The notes: generated from the sequence alone by a model not told the origin. A DNA stretch of 64,000 nucleotides from an uncultured Candidatus Saccharibacteria bacterium (GCA_964597925.1 CAZQZT010000001.1:119929-183928), one strand, 5' to 3'. Positions 8,476-17,182 are shown, counted from the stretch's first letter. Made by a program: numbers and translations.

Positions 8476-8565
8476 GGAAGGGTGTCCGAGTGGTTGAAGG
8501 AAACGGTCTTGAAAACCGTCGTGCCGGCAACGGTACCGTGGGTTCGAATCCCACCCCTTCCGCCA
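8476..8565 (+). tRNA. tRNA-Ser (anticodon UGA), CCA encoded
   Basis: GGAAGGGTGTCCGAGTGGTTGAAGG...ACGGTCTTGAAAACCGT...GGGTTCGAATCCCACCCCTTCCGCCA. Long variable arm; close to the E. coli serT pattern. Confidence 0.95.
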
Positions 8566-8597
8566 AGTACCCAAAGTCGGCTACAATAATGTTTCGT

Positions 8598-8690
8598 GGA
8601 GGAGTACCCAAGTGGCTGAAGGGGACGGTTTGCTAAATCGTTAGTGGGGAGCAATCTCCAGCGAGAGTTCGAATCTCTCCTCCTCCGCCA
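8598..8690 (+). tRNA. tRNA-Ser (anticodon GCU), CCA encoded
   Basis: GGAGGAGTACCCAAGTGGCTGAAGG...ACGGTTTGCTAAATCGT...GAGAGTTCGAATCTCTCCTCCTCCGCCA. Confidence 0.95.
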
Positions 8691-8700
8691 GAACGAAATG

Positions 8701-8723
8701 CCCAACCCTAGGTTGGGTTTTTT
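8701..8723 (+). terminator. Intrinsic terminator after the tRNA-Ser pair
   Basis: CCCAACC CTA GGTTGGG followed by T6. Confidence 0.65.
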
Positions 8724-8777
8724 GTTCTGTGAGAGATGCGAACTCAAACAAGGTGGGTTTTCTGCTACAATACGCTT

Positions 8778-9494
8778 ATGCAACCGGGAGATACAATCAC
8801 ACCCTTAAAGCAGTCAGAGGATGCTGGGGAGCTTGTAATTCCAAGAAATACAGAAGCTGTAACCCAAGAAGTTCCTGCTACAACTCCCCTTGCCCAAACG
8901 CCAGTAGCAGAACCACCACAAAATCCCGAACCTGCACCACAACCTTCTGAAGACCAAACAGCCAACGAAATGTCACCTCCCCGGCAGTATGAGTCAGAAA
9001 ATGGTTCATACTCAGACCAACAACCACAAATAGATATAAAGCCAGTTAACTGGTCTGCTTCTGAATTTATAGATAACGCAAAAGACACAAAATGGTTTAT
9101 GGGATTGGCCGTAATAACCCTTGCAGTGGTCGTAGTCATATATTTTATGACCCAAGACACGATTACATCAGTGGTCATTATCATGGCTGCTGTGCTGTTT
9201 GGCATTACTGCCAAACGTAAACCTAGAACTCTAGAGTATCAGATTGACCATACTGGCCTAAATATAGGCGGTAAACCTTTTCCATACGAAATTTTTAAAT
9301 CATTTGCAGTCATGAAAGAGGGCGCTTTTAGTTCTATACAGCTAATGCCCCTAAAACGGTTTATGCCCCTCATCAGTCTGTACTACCCTCCGGAGTCCGA
9401 AGATCAAATTGTGACCACGCTAGGCAGTTACCTCCCCCACGAAGACCGCACCCACGACCCTATAGAGCGCCTAATGCGCCGTATCCGGTTCTAG
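8778..9494 (+). CDS. Hypothetical membrane protein (P/Q/E-rich N-terminus, two TM helices, small C-terminal domain)
   Basis: Track ORF 8736..9494. Met15 (8778) is preferred because an extended -10 TGcTACAAT (hexamer 8766-8771) lies exactly 6 nt upstream. TM pair: FMGLAVITLAVVVVIYF / SVVIIMAAVLFGI. Confidence 0.7.
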   Translation: MQPGDTITPLKQSEDAGELVIPRNTEAVTQEVPATTPLAQTPVAEPPQNPEPAPQPSEDQTANEMSPPRQYESENGSYSDQQPQIDIKPVNWSASEFIDNAKDTKWFMGLAVITLAVVVVIYFMTQDTITSVVIIMAAVLFGITAKRKPRTLEYQIDHTGLNIGGKPFPYEIFKSFAVMKEGAFSSIQLMPLKRFMPLISLYYPPESEDQIVTTLGSYLPHEDRTHDPIERLMRRIRF

Positions 9495-10090
9495 TAAGAC
9501 CGCAGATTTTTCAACATTTCAGCAGTTGAATCTAGCTGGGGGCACGCTTTTTCGGAATAAATAAAGAGCATTTTACCGTTATTCAGAACAAAACTGTGGT
9601 TTAGCTTTAAGTTACTCTCGTCAGACAGTTTTTCATATGTAATTCTTAGCCCCCTGGCACAAGCTTGGGCCTGAGGTAGTTCATCAAACAATTTAGAAAT
9701 ATTTTGCGCGGTGTAGAGTTTTGATTGTGCGTCACCTAGTACGAATCTGTTACTAATCGTAAATTCTATATCGTTCGGGTCAAAATCATTATATGAATAA
9801 ACTAAAACAAAACGGGAGTGATCATTGGCATATGGCAAATAAAGTTTTGATGGTGGGAAATATAAATCACCTGTTTTTGGGTCTTTAACCGCTGGCTGCT
9901 TGAGATTATCGATAGCTGATATTATCAGTTCTCGTGTTGTCACCATCTCTATTTGATCTCTGTTGATTTTGTATCTGATAATCTCCCAATACCCCGAGAA
10001 CCCTACAATTAAAATTATTGCCAATATCGGTATTCCTATCGAGATACGTCGATATTTAGAAACCAGTTTTTTTGATTTAGTTTTTGCCAT
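9491..10090 (-). CDS. Hypothetical N-terminally membrane-anchored protein
   Basis: 199-aa ORF with an N-terminal anchor ISIGIPILAIILIVGFSGYW. GATAAT lies 5 nt upstream of the ATG. Confidence 0.65.
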   Translation of the reverse strand: MAKTKSKKLVSKYRRISIGIPILAIILIVGFSGYWEIIRYKINRDQIEMVTTRELIISAIDNLKQPAVKDPKTGDLYFPPSKLYLPYANDHSRFVLVYSYNDFDPNDIEFTISNRFVLGDAQSKLYTAQNISKLFDELPQAQACARGLRITYEKLSDESNLKLNHSFVLNNGKMLFIYSEKACPQLDSTAEMLKNLRSY

Positions 10091-10215
10091 TTTTCATTAT
10101 CTGTTTAATAAATCTAATTATGGCATACAAAATATTAAAATGACAGTACTATTCAGTACTAATCGAAATTTACCTAGCAATCACCTCTGTTATGTGATAG
10201 TATCTAATCTGTTAA

Positions 10216-10292
10216 GCACCCGTAGCTCAGCTGGATAGAGCGTCTGTTTGCGGTACAGGAGGTCGTGCGTTCGAATCGCGCCGGGTGTACCA
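10216..10292 (+). tRNA. tRNA-Arg; hand-folded anticodon reads GCG (needs software confirmation); CCA encoded; integration target
   Basis: GCACCCGTAGCTCAGCTGGATAGAGCG TCTGT TTGCGGT ACAGG AGGTC GTGCGTTCGAATCGCGC CGGGTGT ACCA. The 5' half resembles E. coli tRNA-Arg. Confidence 0.88.
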
Positions 10293-11888
10293 TTCTAGAC
10301 GTAAAGCGTCTAATAAGTCATTTTTCATCTGTTGAGACATTGTTCTAACCTGTTCGAATTGTTCAACAAAGCGTTTTGTATTATCACGAAGTGGCAGTAG
10401 CCACTCGTTAGGTGTTATTTGTAGTTTTCCGTCTAATAACACAGGGTTCTGACCAATCGCTAACAGTATTTCCTTTTTATCAGCAATATCACCATTTATG
10501 AACTTAGCGTTAGCGTTCATGAACTTACTTATCAGGTCTGTCATATAGTCGTACCAGTTTTCGGTACTCTCATTTTTAGTAGCCTGTTGTTTATGCAGTT
10601 CTTTTAATTCAGCTTTGAGTTTTTCGGACTTCTCAATAAACGTATCTTCATCTACGAGTTTACGAGTAGACATGTCTAACAGGGTGTCTAGTTGGTCTTT
10701 TAAGCCCTTTATAGCCTGTTCTTGCATAGTTTCTACACTCTTACGCTCTGGTATGTCGGCTTGTGCCATTTGGCTTATAGCGTCCATGCTCCAATCGTAG
10801 AGTTCTGGGATTAGCTCCCATTTATTGAGTTCCTCTACGCATTCCTTGAATAATTCATCTTCCGTTTTATAGCCATACTTCTTAATCTGACCGCATGGGC
10901 GTTTACCAGTACAGTGATAATAGGCATGAATACGGGTAGTGCCATTTGCGTTCTTACGTTCTTTACTTTGAGCTGTAATCATACAATCACACTCACCACA
11001 GCGTATAAAGCCACGTAGCACGAATTGCTTACGAGTTGCGAAACGCTTACCACCATGACGACCTAATAGTAACTGGATTTTGTCGTACTCATCTTGGGTC
11101 ATTAAGGCTGGGAAATCTGCTGGATACAATTTGTCTTCATCATAAGGATCAGGCACCCAACCTGCATAACGGACGTTACGGAACATATAATAGAGTGATG
11201 AACGACCAATTGGACCACCACCTCTTTTTTTACGCTGAACCGTGCGGTAACCCCACTCATTATTCATGATGTCTAAGATTTGCTGGACACTGTATTCACC
11301 AGTAAGCATCAAGTCTACGGCTTTACGCATTAGCGGAAAGCGTTCAGGGTCTTTGTAGACCGTCTTATTTATACGGTCATTTAAGTAGCCTTCTGGTGCG
11401 GTGCCAGTTATGCCACCAATTTTACGCTTTCTTTCATTACCACGTTTTACGTCCTTACTCAGCTTGGCTGAGAAGTATTGCGACTGGCTCATAGTCATTT
11501 GTAGCATCATGATATTCTCTGGCGAGTTTTCAAAGCTAAAGCTGGCGAACTTTAGGTCTTTTATACCGCCTTTGCGTATACGCCAAGTAATAGTTGAAGC
11601 GTCTACTTCGTTACGGGACAAGCGGTCTGGGTGCCATGCAATAATGCCGTCAGCTTCGCCGTTATCTAGCATCTCTAGGAGTTCCTTAAAGACTTCACGC
11701 TTATCTGGTTCGAAAGCACTCTTGCTTTCGTCTAGAGTTTTAATGATGTTTAGGTTTTTGAACTGTTCTTCACATTTATCTATTTGTGCATCTTTAGATA
11801 GCACCTGCTTTTCTTCATCTTCTGTAGACTTACGCACGTATAACACGTAGCGTAGTTTATTAGTCTTGTCGTTTGGATATTCACTCAT
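10227..11888 (-). CDS. Large serine recombinase (integrase)
   Basis: N-terminal resolvase domain YVLYVRKSTEDEEKQVLSKDAQ (catalytic Ser context), then a recombinase domain and a Zn-ribbon (CGECDCMITAQ...YYHCTGKRPC), then a coiled-coil tail. Start probably Met18 (11888). The last 22 codons run antisense through tRNA-Arg. Confidence 0.9.
   Translation of the reverse strand: MSEYPNDKTNKLRYVLYVRKSTEDEEKQVLSKDAQIDKCEEQFKNLNIIKTLDESKSAFEPDKREVFKELLEMLDNGEADGIIAWHPDRLSRNEVDASTITWRIRKGGIKDLKFASFSFENSPENIMMLQMTMSQSQYFSAKLSKDVKRGNERKRKIGGITGTAPEGYLNDRINKTVYKDPERFPLMRKAVDLMLTGEYSVQQILDIMNNEWGYRTVQRKKRGGGPIGRSSLYYMFRNVRYAGWVPDPYDEDKLYPADFPALMTQDEYDKIQLLLGRHGGKRFATRKQFVLRGFIRCGECDCMITAQSKERKNANGTTRIHAYYHCTGKRPCGQIKKYGYKTEDELFKECVEELNKWELIPELYDWSMDAISQMAQADIPERKSVETMQEQAIKGLKDQLDTLLDMSTRKLVDEDTFIEKSEKLKAELKELHKQQATKNESTENWYDYMTDLISKFMNANAKFINGDIADKKEILLAIGQNPVLLDGKLQITPNEWLLPLRDNTKRFVEQFEQVRTMSQQMKNDLLDALRLEWYTRRDSNARPPVPQTDALSS
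10284..10295 (+). repeat. attL core (GGTGTACCATTC = last 9 nt of tRNA-Arg + TTC)
   Basis: Exact 12-mer shared with 19461-19472. Confidence 0.65.
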
Positions 11889-12101
11889 TGTTTTGTTCTT
11901 TCTCGCTGTCATCAAAAAGGACAGCACGGCTGTTTTCACATCCAGTCGCCAATGGCTACTTTCTGCACCGTGCTGCCCTTAGAGAGCAGAAACAAAAATA
12001 CCACTGGCTTTTTGCTGGAATGTGAAAACATTACTATTATATATTGTTAAAAATTGCCTGTATAGCCGCATTCTGGCTACTGGTATACCCACTAGGTCTA
12101 C

Positions 12102-13376
12102 CTATATTGTTTGCTCTGGAAACCACTTCGGGTAAATTAGTTTGGTACGCCTGTCACCAACCTCTGGCACTTGCTGGGTAATAAGGCCGCTGGCTTCAAG
12201 TTGAGGGAGTATTTCTTTGCGTAAGTAGGTTTCGGGAAGTGTGGTCTTTTCCAAGTGCAGATACTCACGAGAAAGCTGCTCACGGCTTACACCTAAGCTG
12301 TATGGGTCTATGTTCGGGTGAGCTGCCACTAAATCGTAGAAGGTAGGTAAAATATACGTCTTATAGAAGTGAATGGCTGTCGGAGGAATGCCTAAGTTCT
12401 GGCTCTGGGCTAATTGCTCCCACAGTTCAAAGGCTTGGTCAATGTCTGACTGATTAGCCACGATAGAACCGTCTGAATGTTTGCGGTGCCACAGATTAAG
12501 TAATGTAATGACCTTAATGAGCTGTTGCAGGTGCGTAAAGTCACGAGTATGACGTTGGCGGAGTTTTGGGAATGCTTTGTAGAAACGCTCTTTAATTGCC
12601 CCATTATCTGGTAGCTTGATATGCTCTACGCATTCGTCACGGACCGCTATGATACGCTCTTTAAGTGCTACACGCTCTGGTTGAGATTCCAGCCACGCTG
12701 TATAGGCTTTTTCGTCTGTACCACGCTTGTTTTGCAGCTCAATCGCTGCACGTAATTTTGCCTGACTGGGTTCGGGGCTAAGTAATATAGCTCTGGTAAC
12801 TTCTTGCTCGTCTAGGCGAAGTCCTGCTGAACAAAATACTGTTGCAGGAAATCCCTGTAAGATGATGAGTTCGGTATGGTTTTTACCTGACTTGCTCTTG
12901 TTGGTAATGCGATAGTTAATTTCCCAGCTATCGTGCGACAGAATCGGGCGTAGTTTAGTTTGTAGAACGGGATTACTCTGTTCGTAGAACAACAATATCT
13001 TACGTTCAAAAGATACAATCTTTGCACCACGCTCCTCATCTTCAACGCCCTCAGTATGGTAAAAGGACGTTGGACTCGCACCACTCGACTCAATCTTGTC
13101 TTCGTCTGGGAACAGCTCGGCTACTTCGGTGGTAATGTAGGTCTTACCTGATGCACTAGGTGCATTAAAGCTGACGTTAATCTGTGAATCGTGAGTATAT
13201 GCAGATAACATACAGTAGAAAGTAATGAGCTTGCAGACATTATCTTCTTTAATTGTTAGTTCTAGCACGTTCAATAATTGCTGTACGGATATTTCAGGGT
13301 AAATGCGTTTATCTAGTCCGCCCAGTGCTTCATGCACTTCTTCTTTAGTCGTTTGAGTTTGTGGATTCATTTTCAT
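12102..13376 (-). CDS. P-loop NTPase with C-terminal winged-helix-like region; candidate replication initiator/helicase (SF3-like) of the element
   Basis: Walker A NAPSASGKTYITT, Walker-B-like KILLFYEQSN, and a C-terminal EILPQLEASGLITQQVPEVGDRRTKLIYP. The function is inferred from architecture only. Confidence 0.7.
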   Translation of the reverse strand: MKMNPQTQTTKEEVHEALGGLDKRIYPEISVQQLLNVLELTIKEDNVCKLITFYCMLSAYTHDSQINVSFNAPSASGKTYITTEVAELFPDEDKIESSGASPTSFYHTEGVEDEERGAKIVSFERKILLFYEQSNPVLQTKLRPILSHDSWEINYRITNKSKSGKNHTELIILQGFPATVFCSAGLRLDEQEVTRAILLSPEPSQAKLRAAIELQNKRGTDEKAYTAWLESQPERVALKERIIAVRDECVEHIKLPDNGAIKERFYKAFPKLRQRHTRDFTHLQQLIKVITLLNLWHRKHSDGSIVANQSDIDQAFELWEQLAQSQNLGIPPTAIHFYKTYILPTFYDLVAAHPNIDPYSLGVSREQLSREYLHLEKTTLPETYLRKEILPQLEASGLITQQVPEVGDRRTKLIYPKWFPEQTI

Positions 13377-13542
13377 ATTCCTTGCTTAATTGTTGTTGTA
13401 GTTTCAGGCCAACTAGACGCAATATTGCACGTCCAGCAGCTTGGGCTTTTTCGTTGTCGTAGTCCAAGTTATGATGTTTCTTCAAGATTGCTTGGAGCTT
13501 ACTGATGCTGTCGTCACTAATCCTCATTGTCTGAATCTCCAT
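13345..13542 (-). CDS. Small hypothetical protein (element)
   Basis: 65-aa ORF overlapping both neighbours, suggesting translational coupling in a five-gene minus-strand operon. Confidence 0.5.
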   Translation of the reverse strand: MEIQTMRISDDSISKLQAILKKHHNLDYDNEKAQAAGRAILRLVGLKLQQQLSKEYENESTNSND

Positions 13543-13792
13543 ACACGCCGTTTAAGATGTGCTCGTATGCCATGAAGTAATGCTTGGCGTTTACCGTTAG
13601 CTTGCCACTTACGTAGGCTTCTGCGTCTTGCTCTACGGTTGATGTATCCTCGAAATGGAATACAGGGCACTTACAATCATCTGCTGTGTGCATGTCTATT
13701 AGTTCGTAGCCCAAGTGCAACAGTGCGGCCGCTAATCCGAAGTCATACACGTCAAAAGTAGTTGAGTCTTCGGTTTTAATTGGTTTATCCAT
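13517..13792 (-). CDS. Small acidic hypothetical protein (element); pattern reminiscent of small phage/plasmid proteins
   Basis: 91 aa, FDVYDFGLAAALLHLGYELIDMH...CPVFHFEDTSTVEQDAEAY. The start is 1 nt after the upstream stop. Confidence 0.55.
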   Translation of the reverse strand: MDKPIKTEDSTTFDVYDFGLAAALLHLGYELIDMHTADDCKCPVFHFEDTSTVEQDAEAYVSGKLTVNAKHYFMAYEHILNGVYGDSDNED

Positions 13793-13793
13793 T

Positions 13794-13985
13794 TTAACGA
13801 CCCTCCTTTTGCAGGAGTTTTATCTTTTTAAGAACACTTTCAATGACTTTACGTTTTTGTTTCCACTCACGCACTGTCGGAGAGTTTGCCGCAACGGCAT
13901 ACCCCCATTGGATACCAAAGCTGACGGCTTTAAGCTCCTCGCTTGTTAGATTTAGTGTATGTGTTTGGCTGTCTTTCTCGGCCAT
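13794..13985 (-). CDS. Small basic hypothetical protein (element; RDF/regulator candidate)
   Basis: 63-aa ORF, K/R-rich C-terminus, tightly packed in the operon. Confidence 0.5.
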   Translation of the reverse strand: MAEKDSQTHTLNLTSEELKAVSFGIQWGYAVAANSPTVREWKQKRKVIESVLKKIKLLQKEGR

Positions 13986-14073
13986 GATATTTACCTCATT
14001 CTGAACATAAAAATGCTCGTAATTTATTGTTACGAGCTAAGCCTATCCTATGGTCTGGCAGAAAAGTTTTCTG

Positions 14074-15162
14074 TCAATCTTTCAGATAACGAGGGTTGAT
14101 TTCGAACCTCCAGTCATTGGAGATTATTAAGTCGTCTACTCCTATTTTTTCATCAACTTTTCTGTTAATAGCAGCAGCTAATTCACGAGATTTTTTAATA
14201 ATTTCCTGTGTATAACTCTCGCCTTTATGGGGGTATATGCTTCTGAAAGGCACTCCACGAAGAAATGTATATTCGTAGAATAACTCACGCATAAGCTTCG
14301 CTTGTTTACTTTCTTTTCTTTTGCCCAGTCTGTTTACTTGCCCAATAATATTTACTGGTTGCCCACGAACAACCAAAATACCTGACGCTGGATCATAGTT
14401 CTTGGCTTCTACGCTTATATGCCTTCTGTCTAGTGGCCGTAAGGTTTTCTTTTTATCTGAACCTATAACAAAACCGAATCTAGGGTCGATGACTGAGTAA
14501 TTCAGGTCACCAAATTCTGTAATTGCAATCTTATCTTTATCTACCAAGTCAAAGAGTGATTCAAAAAACCTCACATTGTCTGGTATATGGAATCGAGTGA
14601 TTTTTGCGGGATATTCTGAATCTTCAAGTAGGTTTGTGATAGCTACATATTGTTCCCCGTAAGGTATATAGGTAGGTGCGGTGGGTGTAAATATTTCATC
14701 ATTTCGGTATCGCTCTAAATAATCTCGAACGACCTGTCGTATCCACGACTTATCAAGCACTTTGATATGAAACTCAAGACAACCGTGTAATGTTTCTGTG
14801 AGAATATCCCGTTGCTGAAGCAATTCGCTAAAGTTTGACCTATGTACCTCTCTGTCATCAGCCTCCCAATCGGCAATATTTTGAACCTTAACAATAAGTT
14901 CATTTAGCTCGTCTGATTCTGGTTCGTTTACTTCATGAAGTTGCTGTAGGTATTTTCTGAAGTTAAGGTACACGCCTTCTGTTTTAATTTTTTGCTTACC
15001 CTCTAGTGCTGCCAAGACATAAATGCTAGTTAAGACATCATCTTCTTGATTTACGGCTAGGTTGAGCGACTTAACCACCTCTTGAGGATTAAGCGATACG
15101 AAACCACCAAGTATTCCGTAAATTAGCAATGTTTCATCGTCCCAGTAGGGTATTGTGTCCAT
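14074..15162 (-). CDS. Hypothetical 362-aa protein (element), no recognisable motif
   Basis: Long ORF with coding-like composition; first gene of the minus-strand operon. Confidence 0.7.
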   Translation of the reverse strand: MDTIPYWDDETLLIYGILGGFVSLNPQEVVKSLNLAVNQEDDVLTSIYVLAALEGKQKIKTEGVYLNFRKYLQQLHEVNEPESDELNELIVKVQNIADWEADDREVHRSNFSELLQQRDILTETLHGCLEFHIKVLDKSWIRQVVRDYLERYRNDEIFTPTAPTYIPYGEQYVAITNLLEDSEYPAKITRFHIPDNVRFFESLFDLVDKDKIAITEFGDLNYSVIDPRFGFVIGSDKKKTLRPLDRRHISVEAKNYDPASGILVVRGQPVNIIGQVNRLGKRKESKQAKLMRELFYEYTFLRGVPFRSIYPHKGESYTQEIIKKSRELAAAINRKVDEKIGVDDLIISNDWRFEINPRYLKD

Positions 15163-15243
15163 ACGTTAATTATTATGGAGCATTGTCGTGGTACAAACCA
15201 GTTGTATTGAGGATTTATTTTCGGTGCTAGTATAAGAGTTATC

Positions 15244-15387
15244 ATGTTTATCGCATTTACTCTGACAATTACAGCACTCTTGTATGCTGTTTTCAGCAAA
15301 AAGACACCGCCTAAAAGAACCCGACGACAAAAGCAAGATGACGAACTGATAACCACCATTTTGCCTACTATCAACAGCGACCAGTAA
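15244..15387 (+). CDS. Possible 47-aa single-TM peptide (element)
   Basis: MFIAFTLTITALLYAVFSKKTPPKRTRRQKQDDELITTILPTINSDQ. Below the track's size cutoff. TATAAG (15231-15236) lies 7 nt upstream of the ATG, matching the leaderless pattern seen elsewhere. Confidence 0.4.
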   Translation: MFIAFTLTITALLYAVFSKKTPPKRTRRQKQDDELITTILPTINSDQ

Positions 15388-15449
15388 AGTTCCTAAAAAG
15401 TCCAATCTGTCATAATAATAAGAGAGGGACTAATACAAAAAGGAGTTTT

Positions 15450-15683
15450 ATGACCTATACGAAAGGCGTGGGACGACCCACTAAAATGAATATTAGCATT
15501 ATGGTGAAGTTAGCAGATGCCCTAAAGAACAATTACACCGTAAGTGATGCTTGTAAATGGGCAAGGATCGGCAGAACAACTTACTACCGACACATGGACA
15601 ATAACGTAGTCTTCGCAACTAAGATGAATTATGCGATAGAGTGCCGTGACAAAGTGTCGTTTAATTTTGGTACAAGTTACTGA
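15450..15683 (+). CDS. Small helix-turn-helix DNA-binding protein (element)
   Basis: GRPTKMN...YTVSDACKWARIGRTTYYRHM resembles a resolvase/terminase-small-subunit type HTH. AAGGAG SD upstream. Confidence 0.6.
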   Translation: MTYTKGVGRPTKMNISIMVKLADALKNNYTVSDACKWARIGRTTYYRHMDNNVVFATKMNYAIECRDKVSFNFGTSY

Positions 15684-15987
15684 CTCAACTAGTTGATTTG
15701 TACACGATAATAATAAAAGTAGTGTTTCATAATTGGTAGCTGTGAATGGTGAAAAATGGCGTTAGGGTTCGGAAATCTGGCCAAAAATTATATGTAGCCA
15801 TACTGTTGCTTGGATTTAGCATTTAGGTGAACGAGATTTAATACCCTCTGTAGGCTCTCTGGAGCTTGCTGGACTAGCTTCTTGACGAAAGTTGGGTAAA
15901 GTTATATGCCGACCAAGAAACAGTGAAACATATACGGGTTCAGACGGTGGAGTAGTATACTGTGGGCAAGGAGTAAATTAAAAACAA

Positions 15988-17091
15988 ATGAACGAACAAT
16001 TTGACCAGCTAGTAAGCTATGTAAAACAACACTTGGATCAGGGTGTGCCAGAAGACCGTATTCGCCAAACCCTGCTACAACATAATTGGAACGCAGATTT
16101 AGTAAATAGGGCTTTTTTGTCAGTAAAGGCTCCACAAACATCTTATCCAGAGTCAGACGCAACCAACCAGCCAAGCAACTTAAATGCCAATAATTGGGAG
16201 CAGCCCAATACTACTCAAGCACAAGCTCCAAGTGCTTATGAACATGCGAATCAAGTCAGCCCAGAATCGAATGCTCCAAAAAAGTACAAAATTTTTCGTG
16301 CGATAGGCGACACTTTTCATGCCATAAAAAACAATGCAGGTGCCTTCTTCCTATCCGTTATTTTAAGTTATGCAGTTGCAGCCGTTTTTCTATTTGTAAT
16401 ATCGTTTATCATTAGCAAGGTTTTGTACGGCGAGTTCGGTTTATTATTTGCTTCTACGTCAAAATTACTAACCGTACTGTTAGGTAGCCTAATTCTTTAT
16501 ACTGCTTGGTACGCTTTGGCAGGAGCATTTATTTTAGCGACCACCTCTTTAGCTCTTTATGATGGCAGCGAGAACCGAAAAAGTTCGTTATCCACTATAT
16601 TATCAAATAGCTTCTCAAGATTAGGCAGAGTGGTTTTAGCCGATATATTATTCTGCCTTGTAGCATTTTGGCCTATTGTATTGATAATATTCTTACCCAT
16701 TATCTTCTTAACAAGTGGGGTCGGCGGGAGCAATTCTTCTCTAATTCTATTGCCAATCCTAATGCTTGTAGCAGTTATCTGGATTTATGTAGCATTGGTA
16801 CGATTTGCACTAGCACCATACGTAGCCCTATTTGAGCCTAATATACCGATTACTAAAACATTGGGTCGCAGTAAGCACCTACTCGTAAAAGGTGGTCAGT
16901 GGTTCTTGGTTAAAGGATTTTTGTTTCTTCTCCTAATCTTAATTTTATTAGCAGTTGCTACTGGTCAAAACCTACCAGAGCTAATGGATTCCAACAACCT
17001 AGCTATCAACATATTTTTGATAATTGTTTCCGTGGTTGTGAACGGTGCTTTAGTTATGCTTTATCACAACCGTAAAATTATAAGAGGGTAG
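15988..17091 (+). CDS. Polytopic membrane protein with a Q/N/P-rich soluble N-terminus (element cargo)
   Basis: 367 aa with about 6 hydrophobic helices after residue 120. AAGGAG lies upstream. Confidence 0.75.
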   Translation: MNEQFDQLVSYVKQHLDQGVPEDRIRQTLLQHNWNADLVNRAFLSVKAPQTSYPESDATNQPSNLNANNWEQPNTTQAQAPSAYEHANQVSPESNAPKKYKIFRAIGDTFHAIKNNAGAFFLSVILSYAVAAVFLFVISFIISKVLYGEFGLLFASTSKLLTVLLGSLILYTAWYALAGAFILATTSLALYDGSENRKSSLSTILSNSFSRLGRVVLADILFCLVAFWPIVLIIFLPIIFLTSGVGGSNSSLILLPILMLVAVIWIYVALVRFALAPYVALFEPNIPITKTLGRSKHLLVKGGQWFLVKGFLFLLLILILLAVATGQNLPELMDSNNLAINIFLIIVSVVVNGALVMLYHNRKIIRG

Positions 17092-17182
17092 TTCTATCAA
17101 TTCGCTACACGTTATAGATATAGTTGCCCGTGCTGGCGGTGGTGGCTCAGGTGGTGGTGGAGGTGGTGCAGGAATCATCATA

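Noticed and set aside
8362-8783. Track ORFs 8362..8574 and 8439..8783 (minus), and likewise 20236..20430
   Set aside because: They run antisense through tRNA-Ser genes and their spacers. Their peptide sequences contain the typical reverse-translated T-arm signature (DSNPR / RDSNSR). These are artefacts.
15166-15405. Minus-strand ORFs 15123..15374 and 15166..15405 in the element's divergent control region
   Set aside because: Cys-rich, unprotein-like translations overlapping the end of the 362-aa gene. The plus-strand 47-aa TM peptide with a correctly spaced -10 box explains the region better.
15759-15800. A tRNA 3'-half-like stretch (GCGTTAGGGTTCGGAAATCTGGCC...TGTAGCCA) initially considered as the right end of the integrated element
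   Set aside because: The similarity to the tRNA-Arg T-arm and acceptor is weak and gapped. An exact 12-bp repeat of the tRNA end followed by a terminator exists at 19461-19510 and fits the boundary much better.
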